Assembly: GCA_001724265.1 (NCBI GenBank)
Contig: MEDY01000053.1
Location: forward strand, 62,001 to 108,086
Direction: 5' to 3'
Origin: Rhizaria sp. SCN 62-66
Taxonomy: Eukaryota
Length of the DNA: 46,086 nucleotides
A program made the translations under genes and the position numbers. The notes under the pieces are model-generated. The model saw only the letters and a list, made by a program, of their open reading frames with translations, had not been told where the DNA came from and did no database searches. Positions 12,301 to 22,622 of the stretch are shown here, one piece after another (the first letter of the stretch is position 1; every line of letters starts with the position of its first letter).

Positions 12301-15300
12301 ACGCTGCGGCTGTAACGGGGACTGCGGCTGCGTCCACCCGCAGCAACAGCTCTGTGGCGCCCGCCTGGTAGCGCGAGGCTAACAGGGGTTACTCGCCGCT
12401 GTTTGCCTCTTTTCTCGAGCGCTGCTTTGTCAAGGACCCGGAGCAGCGCGCCACGGCTGCGGAGCTGCTCACGCACCCGTTCCTCGCCGCCGCCGCACCG
12501 CTGGCCGCGGCCGCCCTGGCCGCCGCAGCCGTGGCCAGCGACGACGACGCTGCTATGCTGGCTGCCGTGGGCGGCGACACGGGGATGCGGGAGCAGCTCC
12601 TCGCGGTGGCGCACTTCACGCGCTGCGGCGAGTACCCTCTGCGCTCCGGGCCGGACTCGACGCTGTCGTCATTCTCCACGGCCACCGCGGCGTCGGCGCT
12701 GCACCGCACCCCGGCGCACGCTGGCGCGCCGCAGACCGAGAGGGCTGTGTCGGCCTCGGTGAGCTCGATGTCCCCGCTCGCGCTCGAGCCCGCTCTTGCG
12801 CCCACGGTCACGCTGCCCGGGCGCGGCGCAGCGCCGCTGCCCGCCGGTGTCGCGGGGCGCAGGCCGCTGTCGGACAACACCAGGGCGGCCGCGGCCCCCG
12901 TGTCCGCCGCTGAGTCCGCGGCAGCAGCAACAGCGACCGGCGCTGCGACAGCCGTACATCCCGACCAAGATGTGCTGCGCCGTATGCGGTCCGCCCCGAC
13001 TGTTGTCACCTCCGCGACCGATGCTGTCTCTACCGCCGACGTTGCGCAGCAGCAGAAACCGGCCAAGCCGGTACGCGCGGGCGTCGCTGCTGCTGTGGCC
13101 AAACCCAAGGCGCCACGCGTGCTCAAACTCGGCGACTGGGTCAAGGGCGAGGGCGGCAAGTGGCGCGCTGCGAACGCGCAGGACGTCGCCGCGTCCGTTG
13201 CTGCGGCCGCCGCTGTGACGATTGCGGCTGTGCCGACGGCTGCGACGGTACCTCTGTCGCCAAGTGGCTTCGTCTCGAGCCCCAGCGCTGGTGCTCAGCG
13301 CGCTGCTCCCGCGACTGCGCCCGCTGCCGGTATCGTCACCGTCACCGGCGCGCGGGCCGTCGAACAAGCGTCGAGCCGGGACTCTCAGTCGTCGTCGCAG
13401 ACGCCGTCGATTGCGCAGTCTCAGTCGCTGTCGATGTATTCGCAGCCGCAGCAGCTGTCGCCCATCGTTGCCTCCGACGCGACTACCGCGGGCTCGGCCT
13501 CGGCGATCGCCTCTGCCATCGGCGCGGTCTCTGCCTCGGTCGTTAGCGCTGTGTCCGGTGCCGCCTCGGAGCTGCCACCCGCGCCCGCGCCCGCGCCCGC
13601 CGCCGTCAGCTCGCTGGCCCTCGCAGTGCCCGCAGCGGCGGCCCGGGGCTCGGCCCAGCCGGCAGCGCGCTCGCTGCCCGCCTCGGCCGTGGTCGCCGCA
13701 GGCAGCCCGCAGTCGCGGTCCGCCGCGCCCTCGCTCGCACCCAGCATGCCGCCGCTGCCCGCGGCCACGGCTGGCGTCAGCAACGTCACCACAGGCCGGC
13801 TCGCGCTCGCACCCCCGATCACGGTCGGCGCGGGCGCGGCGTCGGCGCTACTGCTGCGGCAGCTCGTGGCGCCCTCGCAGCTCCAGATGGCGCAAGCGCG
13901 CATCCGCGGGCGCCCGCGCGGGAGCCGGCCGCCGCCGCTGTCGGTCGCGGCCGAGGGCGCGACCTCCGCGCCCACGCCGCTGCACTCGCCCCCGGCGGCC
14001 GCGGCCCGGCCCACGGCGGCTGCCGGCATGGAACAGGGCCGCGGTGGCCGCCGGGGCAGTCCCACGCGCATGCAGCAACTGCGCCAGCGCCAGCTCCTGC
14101 GGTTCGGCGCCGCCTCGGTGCCCACGTCGCCGATCATTTCCGGATACCGCCAAGCGCGCCCCGCCGGCCGCGCGCTGCCCCACGGCCACCGCGGCCATGG
14201 ACAGGCGCGGCGAGGACTTGGCCGCGGCGACGGTGAGGGCGGCGACGGCGACGAGGGCGGCGCCAAGGCCGCTGCGGCCGGCGGCAGCGCGCGGCAGATC
14301 GTGAGCATCGAAGAGCTCCGGCGCAGCGCGCGTGCCGTGTTGTTGTCGCTGCAAAGCGAGCTCGGCGAAAACAAGCCGTCCGACGTCACTGCTGTTGAGT
14401 CCGCTGAAGTCAGCGCCAGCTCGCCGTCGCCGTCCCCGTCGCGCTCGCCCTCAGTCACCAGCGAGCCCGACGCCGACGCCACCGCCGCTGCTACTGCGCC
14501 TGCTTCGAAGCTTTCCACTGTGGGCTCTGGCTCCGGTTCCGGCTCTGATGCTGACGCGACCGTGTCGGCCTCCACGTCGCCAGTGCTCGGCCCCATTGCC
14601 GCGTCCTCCGCTGTGACCATGCAGCCGTTGTCGCGCTTCCGTCACCGCGCCACCGCGCGCCCGCTCACAACCGCTATCGCTGGCGACGCGGCGGCCCTGG
14701 CAGGACCCGCTCGCGTCGCGTCGCCCGCTCTGGCTGCGACTGCGCTGGCCGAGGCCGAGGCCGCTGCGGCCGCGGGAACGCGCCTGGGCCGACACTCCGA
14801 GTACCGCCTGCGTCTGGCCGCCGCCGAGGCGCGCGCGCTGGATTCACAGTCGCGCTCGCCGGCGTCGCGCACCCACTCGCCCGCAGCGCGCGGCGCCGGT
14901 GCGGAGCGGGGCGACAGCGGCAGCAAGAGCCGGTCTGCGACGCCGCAGTCAGCGCGCCTGGCCCGCGGCCGTGACCGAGACCGCGGTCGCCCCGACGCGC
15001 TCGTGGGCGCGCGCTCGCGCTCGCCCTCGGCGGCGCTCATGCACTCGCCGCTGCCCGCAGTCACCGCCGTCACGGCCGCGGACGGCTATGTCAGCTCGTT
15101 TGTGCACGTGCGCGCCGAAACGCCCACTCGCGCACCCACAACGACGGGTACGTGCTCTGCGGCGCGGTCTGCGGCCACTGCGGCCGCGGTCGCCGCAGCG
15201 GTGTCGAGCGCGGAAGCGGGCGCCAGTGTGCTAGGCAGCTGGAGCACCACGCCCAGCGCGGCCGGCAGCGGCCGCAACACGCCGACGCTGCTTGCGAGTA

Positions 15301-18300
15301 GCACGTCCACTGCCGCTGCGGCCGCTGCTATGGTCAGCTCACCAACTGCTGTCATCGCAGCTCCGAAGCCTCGGATCACCGCGCCGGCTGCGGTGTCTGT
15401 TGACGCCGACATCGGCGAAATTGAGCTCGAGGACATCGACAGCGGCATCACAGAGGCAGAGCCCCTCGACGACGTGCCCTGCGCCGTGCCCGTGCTTGTG
15501 CTGGCACAGCGCCCGGCGCTCACCCTGCCCGGTTCGCTCCCCGGCCCGCAGGCGCAGTCGCGGACGCAGTCGCCCGCGCGCCGCCCGCCCGCCCTCGCCA
15601 TCCCGCCCCGCGCCGGCGCCACGGCGAGCAGCGTCGTCAAGTCCGTCATTGCGCTCGCGCCCGTGCATGTGACCGCCGCGCTCGGCGCTGATGCCGCGCC
15701 CCTTGGAGTCACTGTTGCTCCCAGTAGCAGCAGCGGTGGCAGTGGCGGCGGCGCCGGTGTGGTTGACAGTGGTATTGAGCTTGAGGAAATCGACATGATT
15801 GGTGAGTTCAACACCGACATTAGCAGTGGCCACAACCTCCCCAGCACTACTGCTCTCGTTGCCGCTCCTCCAACAACGCTGACAGTTGTGTCCGACTCCG
15901 CAAAGCACGACGCACAGTCACGCGCGACCCTCGCACCCCCCCGCAGCGGCGGCGGCAGCGTCACAGCCACTGCCGTGTGCGCCGCGACGACTCTGCCGCC
16001 CGCGCCGCTGACCGGCTACTCCGGTCGCCGCGACGGCTCCATGCTTACGCAGCACCACGACGATGACGACGACGCGGCCGCGGCGCGCGCGCTGGCCGCA
16101 CTGCCGCAACGGCTCCGCGCGCGCACGCAGGGAGCAGTGACGGACCTGCCATCGGTCTCCGCGGCGCACAGCCAGAGCCAACAGAGCGTGGCCAGCAGTG
16201 TCCCTCACGCCGCGGTCACTGCGCTGAGCCTTGGCGGCCACGTCGCCGTGCAGCCTGGGCTCGTCCCCGCGGCCGGCGCGCGCCGCAACGCCGCGTCCAA
16301 GCCGGCCCTCGCGCGCGGGCTGCGCATCTGCACTGCGGGCATCGAGCACGAGGACGAGATCGACGCCATCACCGGCCGCGGCGCGCTCACGCACACTTGC
16401 GGCGCGGCGTCGCACGGTCTTGCGGCGCCGCAGGGCGGTGCGGTGTCGGCGCTGTCCGTGCCTGCGGGTGCGCGGACCCAGATGGCGCAGGCGTTGCCGG
16501 ATCCCTGCAGCGAGTGCGGTATCACGCGCGCCGGCGAGTACGTCGCTGTGCCCTCGTACGGCGGCTTTGTGTCAACCACGAAACTCGCCTCAGTCGCGGC
16601 TGCCGTCTCGCGCGCAGGCCCTGTGACAGACCTGTGGCCCCTCGTGCACGCGCGCAGCACCGACAGCGCCACACTGCCCGGGGCAACTGCCGAGGACGCT
16701 CTGGCACACTCCGCAATGGTGCACTCGCACTCTTTCCCGATGCCACACCCTCACGTCCACGGTCACGCTCACGGCGTGGCCGCTGCGCCTGTGTTGCTGC
16801 CAGCCATGGTTCTGCCGGTGGGCGGCTTCGGCAGTCGGCGCGGCAGCGGCGACGCGCGCAACGCCACCGACTCTGCTGGGGGCCTCGGACTTGGTCCCAG
16901 CGGGCTCGCCGGCATCGGCGGCCGGAGCAGCAGCAACAGCGGCATGAGTGGCGTCAGCGATCCCAGCGCGGTCGCGAGCGGTTCCGGCGACATCGAGCTT
17001 GAGTCGCCGACCGAGATTGCCGCCGAGCTGGGGCTGGACTGGGGTACCGTCGCGGCGGCCACGCTCAAGACCGAGCCCCGCGCGCTGCACCACGCCGCCT
17101 CGGTGCAGGTTGCGAGCGCGCGGCAGGACTCTGTTACTTCTGACGCCAAGTACGACTCCGACGCCGACTCTGTCGCGGCGACGGCGAGGGCAGCTGTGCC
17201 GGTTGGACGCAAGCCCGGACTCGGCATCGCGACTGGCGGCGTTGCTGGCCGCCGCAGTGGCGCGCCTCTGCCGCCCGCAAGTGCAATCTCGACTGCAACA
17301 GCCACGGGCGCGTCTACGCCCGCAGCTGCGGCGGCGACCGGGCCGGTGGGCGGGATCACGCTAGCGCTGCCTCCACGCCGCAAGCCCGAGGTCCAGCTCA
17401 CCGTCCCCACGGGCATCAGCATGGGCAAGGACGCCGCCGTCGCAGGCTTGGTCCCTGCCGCTTCAACCACTGCGAACGTGTCCGAGGCCCTTGTCGCCGC
17501 CGCCGTCGCCGCTTCCCACGAGCACAGCCACCCCGGCGCTGCGGTGCACAGCATGGGCCCCCACAGCGCCAGCACGCTGAGCCTCGGCGGCGAGAGCAGC
17601 GGCGCGGGCGCGGCGGGCATGACTGGCATGACGAGCGTCAGCGGCGACGTTGCCATCGGCGACGGCGGCGACACGGGCCCCGAAGCGGGCTTCTCCATCA
17701 CTGGTCCCTGCCTCAGCTATGGTGGCTTCACCATCAGCCAGACCGGCATCACCGCGGCGCCGCAGCTGCTGCCCGCGCGCGGTCGCAACATCACGCCCGT
17801 TGCCGGAGTGCATGGACACCCCGGTGTGGGCGTGCACGGCTACGCTGACTCGGCCGCTGCCAAGGCGGCTGCTGCCGCGACTGCGGGACTTGCGATTCCG
17901 TCTCACCTACAGCAGCAGCAACAGTCCGCTGCGAATGCCGCCGCGCGCGCGCGCAGCCGGCCCCCGCTGCCCGCTGCACCGCCCGTAGCTTCTGTGTTGG
18001 CCGGTCCTCAGCGCAGCCGCAGCCGCACGCGCGACCGCGACGACGCCCTCGTTGGCGCTGCGGGGGCCGCCGGTGCGACTGCGGCTCCGCGCCCGCAGCA
18101 GTCCGTACATCACCTGCACTCGCCGCCTCAGCGCGCGCACTCGCGCCCGCGACTGGTGTCGGAGATGCTGCAGCGCACACAGCAGATTGCCGCGGCCCGT
18201 CTTGCAGGCAACGCGCAGAGCGATCACACGTACACCGTCAACACCGCCGCAGTCGCGGCATCGACAGAGAAGCGCGACAAAGTGTTGTTCTCGCCGCGCT

Positions 18301-21300
18301 TTGTCGAGTCGCTGATGATTGCGCAGCAGAACACGCACAGTCTGTCCGCGACCGTGAGCGTGGCCGTGTTCCAGCACGCACACGACCTTGAGCGCCGCCT
18401 CTCGCGCCCCGCGCCCGCCGTGGCCTTCCACGCGCACCCGCACGGAGACGCCGCTGCTGCGGCGCCCGGTGACGCGGCGCGCAAGCAGAGGCCGGAAGCG
18501 ACCAAGTCGCCGGCCCTACCGCTGATGCCTCTTGGCGCATCCAAGAGTGGTGGTCCCGTGCGCGACAGGTTTGGCACGGTCACGCTGAGCAACTTGTTGT
18601 CGCCCACCAGGGTCCGGATGCAGCAGGAGGCGTTTAGCAACAGCTCGACCACTGGCGCCGCCACCGTCGATGCTGCTGTTGCGGCGGGAACTGCGGCCGT
18701 GCATGTCGGCAGCGCCTTTGGCGCGTCGCCCACGCCCGCCGGCACTGCTGCGCCGCTGCGGCCGCGCCACAGCAGCAGCGCGGTCTCTCTGCGGGGGCAC
18801 AGCTCCGTTCCGCCCTCCGCCGCGGCGCCAGCGCCCGTCTCCACGCTGAGCGTGGGCGCTGGCGGCGTCGCGGCCGGCGGGCTCCTGGCCGTCACCGCAG
18901 GCTCCGCGGTCGACACCGCGTTGCTGCGCATGAGTCGGCGCCAGGCGTCCTGGCTCTGGCTGGGCCGCTACAAGACGCAGATGACGTCTTCGCCGCTGCA
19001 GCGCTCCAAGATCGGCCATCTGCGCCACTCCGCCTCGGCGCGCAACGCCGCTGCTGCAGTTGCCGCGGCGGGTGTCGCTCCTGCTGCTCCCGGCGCTGGT
19101 GCCGGCGGTGCTATCGCGCCGGGCACTGTGCCGGTGAAGCCCTCCGTGGCCGCTGAAACGACCGTCATGTCGCACGCGCCGAGCAGCGCAACGAGCCACA
19201 GCCACGCCGGCTCCACGACCAGGTACCGGCCGCCGCAGTCGTCCCCGTTATCGACGTCGATGACCACGTCTGTCTCCTCCTCGTCCGGCTCACACGCGTA
19301 CCGCTCCGCGCTCGACACTGCCGTCGCGCGCCCTGCTGTCGCAGTCGATACCGCGGGGGCGAGCGGGGGTGCGAGCGCCGCTGCCAGCGCTGGCCCCGGC
19401 GAGGTGGCGACTAGACCCGAGACCAAGGCTGTGCTGTCGCCAACATCTATCACCACGACCACCTCTGGTGCTAGCGCGATTGCCGTCCCCGCGACCACGC
19501 TCGCGTCTGCGGCAAGCACCGCTAGTGTTCCCGCGGTTTCGCCCCGTGCCTCCACCTACGCCGCCACCAGCGCCAGCACTGCCCAGGCCAAGCCCCGCTA
19601 CACAGTCACATCCCCCGAGCCTCAGCTCGCCACCGGCGAGATTACGGCTGCTACAGAGGCGGACTCTGTGTGGGCGCGAGTGCCTGAGGGGGATGGTGGC
19701 TCTGTGATGTGGGAAGACAACGATATCGAAGTGCGTTCGCTCGACGGCCACGGCTCCCCGCACTCCGCCGGCACGTACAGCGCCGCCTTCAAGGCCACCG
19801 GTGTGGCCACCGATGTCGCCGGAGTCGCCGGTGGCGCTGCGGAGCCGGCGGAGGTTGGCGAGGGCGTGATGGTCTTTGAGGCCGGTGTGGACCCCGGTGA
19901 GGCGCTGCTCTACGCCGGCGGCTACGACGATGACGACGAAGACTACGAGGCCTACGCCCACGGGCACGGGCATCTGCGCTCGTATGCGCGTCGGCACGAA
20001 GGGCTCGATAATATTGACGAATTTGGCGACGGCGATAGCGGGATGGACGAAGACGACGAGCGTGACGAGGACGAGGACGAGGACGAGGACGGCACTCTCG
20101 ACGAGGACGAGGAGGAAGAAGCTGCTGATGGCGACTACGAGAGCGCAGACGCGTCGTCGCGCCTCTGCACGCCGCTCTCTGCGTCCGACCTGGTCGAAAT
20201 GGCCTTTATCGGCCGCGGACAGCACGGCCGCGTCGTTCGCGCGCTCCACCTTCCCTCGCTCTGCATGCTCGCTGTGAAGCGCATCAACGCGTTCAACCTC
20301 TCCGCGCGCAAGCAGCTGCTTAAGGAACTCATCGCGTATGCGCGTTTGTCGTCGCCGTGCGTAGTCCCGCTGCTGGGCGCCTTCTTCGACCAAGGCACGA
20401 TTGTCCTCGCGAGCGAGTATATGGACCTCGGCGACCTGAAGCGCTTCGTGGCGCGCGTGGGCCCGCTCTCCGGCCACGCGCTGCGTCACGTCGCGCGCCG
20501 TGCTTTGCAGGGCCTGGCGTATCTGCACCGCGCATACCTGGTGCACCGCGACATCAAGCCCGACAACATCCTCGTTGACCACAAGGGCAACATTAAGATC
20601 TCCGACTTCGGCCTGCTCAAGGAGCTCGAAGGCACACGTTCTCTGACGACGTCATTCCTCGGCACGATGTCGTACCTGTCTCCGGAGCGTCTGACCTCCG
20701 CGCCGTACTCGTACCCCGCCGACGTCTGGGCCATGGGGCTCGTTCTGGTCTACTGCGCCACAGGCCGGCCCGCGTTCGCGACCTCGGACTACTGGCGCCT
20801 CTTCGACTCAGTCGTCACCGGCAACGCCGCCGCCGCAATCCTGAGCCCCGAGGTGCACGGCGAGCGCTTCTGCTCTCTGGTGCGGCTGATGCTGGCGCAG
20901 GACCCGACGCAGCGGCCATCTGCGCAGGAGCTGCTGCGGCACGACTACTTCTCTGAGCCCGATGCGCTGGCCGAGAGCTCGCCGCAGTACGCCGCGTTCA
21001 TCTCCGAGACCTTCGGCGCCGCGGCGGCGGGCGCGGCGGGCGGCGAGGACGAGGAGGGCGAGCTCGAGAGCGAGTTCCAGAAGGCCGTCGACGTCGTGGT
21101 GGACGCGCACTTCCATGGCATCCTGCGCGTGCCGCGCGCCGTGCTGCCACCCAGCGTGGCCGCCGCGCTCGGCCTGCCCGACCCCTCCAGCGCCGGCAAG
21201 GGCGGCAAGCCGGAGGACGCCGGCGCGAGCGGCTCGGTGACGACGACGGGCGGCGCCGATGCCAACAGTGACGGCGAGTTCGTCTGGGTGCAGGGCTACC

Positions 21301-21569
21301 GGCCGCTGCTTGCCGAGGACCACGAGCGCTGCCAACGGCTTGCCGACCTGTACCGCGTGCCCGTGTCGGCCGTGCGCGCCGCGTTCGAGGCCGCGCTCCA
21401 GCGCAAGCAGGAGGAGGCCGGCAATGCGGACATTCTGCGCAGCATCGGGCTTTTCGCCGTGCCGGGCAGCGCCAACGCGAGCGCCGCGGACTCGGCGGGC
21501 GTCGCTGCGACCGACAGCACGGTGGGCAGCGCCAGCGCCGCCGGCGGTGTTGTTGCTCCGCTTGTCTAA
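312..21569 (+). CDS. Giant dual protein kinase (2 PH-like domains + STE20/MST-like kinase + MAP2K/STE7-like kinase), ~7085 codons, with one in-frame TAG at 12369-12371
   Basis: ORFs 312..12371 and 12531..21569 share a frame. Only TAG 12369-12371 separates them, and the codons right after it read REANRGYSPLFASFLERCFVKDPEQRATAAELLTHPFL, the missing subdomain XI of kinase 1. An in-frame TAA at 258-260 bounds the ATG at 312; the frame ends at TAA 21567-21569. No AT-rich intron-like segment lies inside. Confidence 0.85.
2172..2237 (+). repeat. CAG/CAA trinucleotide tract encoding interrupted polyQ
   Basis: Translates to QQQQQQQVQQQQQQMQQQQQQQ. Confidence 0.9.
8259..8660 (+). other. PH-like domain 1 (PLC/Num1-type pattern) in the giant kinase
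   Basis: Globular island within low-complexity sequence: EQVWAILQCGRVFTRLK...RRVFLCRSEPHDALLLFK...RAIPCGELIDVQRG...CITVSC...VLYLQADSVKTCSLWCFLLLLLK, ending in the typical L-x-L-x-A....W helix. Pattern recognition only. Confidence 0.55.
9138..10412 (+). other. Split PH-like domain 2 with a ~300-aa low-complexity insertion
   Basis: N-part FERLLVAGQYVAHY...ILFLRLDPSLESIVFRHD...SSIPVADIVSLLP...YPVTLRLRSG (9138-~9410). C-part TLDFHLAFNDYPTSLLWYTALRWLR (10338-10412) carries the PH terminal Trp helix. Confidence 0.45.
11337..12485 (+). other. Kinase domain 1, STE20/MST(Hippo)-like, spanning the in-frame TAG
   Basis: VAVK (K codon 11553), EMSVLRYCRHPNITVFFG, HRDIKAANVML (11853), DFG (11916), GSPLWMSPE and DIWALG lie before the TAG; FLERCFVKDPEQRATAAELLTHPFL lies after it (invariant Arg codon 12447). 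Confidence 0.85.
20190..20951 (+). other. Kinase domain 2, MAP kinase kinase (STE7)-like
   Basis: IGRGQHGRV, AVKRI, RKQLLKEL, SPCVVPLLGAFF, SEYMDLGDL, HRDIKPDNIL, KISDFG, activation loop T-RSLTT-S (S/T-x5-S/T), GTMSYLSPERL, YSYPADVWAMG, QDPTQRPSAQELLRHDYF. These are STE7 signatures. Confidence 0.85.
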
Positions 21570-22622
21570 ATCAATTGCGAATCAGTTAAAGTCGTTATTA
21601 TAGTATGTATGTGATGTGATTTGGCATTAAAGGTTTAATATTAAGTATTATTCGTGTATAACCCCCGTGTTTTTAGTCCTTTATTCTATTATCTTTTCAT
21701 TCTTTTTTTTAGTCACTTTTGACAATCTTAAGTTCTAAGTTCGCCAGCTGTTGAAATGTCTGCAAACAAGCGCATGTTACCGGACAACAACAACGACGCT
21801 TTGTGTGACGTTGTTTTAATCCGGTCGCTGTTCCTGTGTGCATACGGTTCTCCGAATGTGGTCTATCGTAGATCACCACTCGTCGAGGACTCCGGCTGGT
21901 GCACTAACACCACAAGGAATAGTTTTACATTATTTGTGTTCATCTGTGCTGCGTGATACGTCGCCTTTTGCTTGTTTGTTTTACGTATGAGTTCTCTGTT
22001 TGTTTCTTCATTCCTATCTTCACTTGTACACTTCTTGTTACAACGAAACAAACGAATCTAACCGTGATTATGTTACGGCTGTTTTTCGACTACTGTGTCA
22101 CTGGCGACTGTTTGACTTGCGTCAGTTTGTTCACAATTCATGGAAAACCTTCTTTAAATACACGTTCCCTCTCTTCAATCTTCTGTTTCATTCATCCGTA
22201 TCGGCTCAGCTCTTGCTGTTACATGTGTTGCGATCTGTGATATGAATGCACGTGTTAGGCATAATCAAGAGAGACTTTACTTGAAAAAACGCGTGACAGC
22301 ATGTAACATAGGCTTACTGTTTTGATAATAAAATATGGCATTTTGTCATACATCCCATGAAGCAAAGAGGATGCTTTTCTGAGTCTTACCACAAACGTGT
22401 TTTCCTGGTGCGCCCAAAAAGTCGGCTTCCTCCGATACTTTCTGCATCCTGTGATCCACATTTCGTCGTCAAATAGCTACGACACATCCATGTCAAGTGT
22501 ACATTGATGCATTTCTTTTGTTTTCATTTTTAAAATTGCCTAAACTGTGTTCTTGTGTGAGAATTCTTGCATTTTTTAGGACCGAGGTGAGCTACTTGTC
22601 TCTCGAGGAAGCTCCCCAAGAA

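Noticed and set aside
12288-12371. Short intron using the in-frame TAG as its acceptor (GTGACT at 12288 or GTAACG at 12312 would keep the frame)
   Set aside because: Neither donor fits the GTRYG consensus of the nine other introns. The segment is GC-rich, shorter than any of them, lacks a pyrimidine tract and reads as typical Ala/Thr codons. Disfavoured, but only RNA-seq can exclude it.
12369-12371. Pyrrolysine or selenocysteine insertion
   Set aside because: Sec uses UGA, and pyrrolysine machinery is established in archaea and bacteria; no such genes are in this window.
12531-21569. Separate 3012-aa gene starting at GTG 12531
   Set aside because: There is no AT-rich intergenic or promoter gap, the start is GTG, and the upstream in-frame codons encode the end of kinase 1.
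21570-22579. Small ORFs or an RNA gene in the AT-rich spacer
   Set aside because: No coding-like composition and no tRNA, snRNA or rRNA signature that I can recognise. Probably 3'UTR, promoter and possibly GH1 5' exons/introns.
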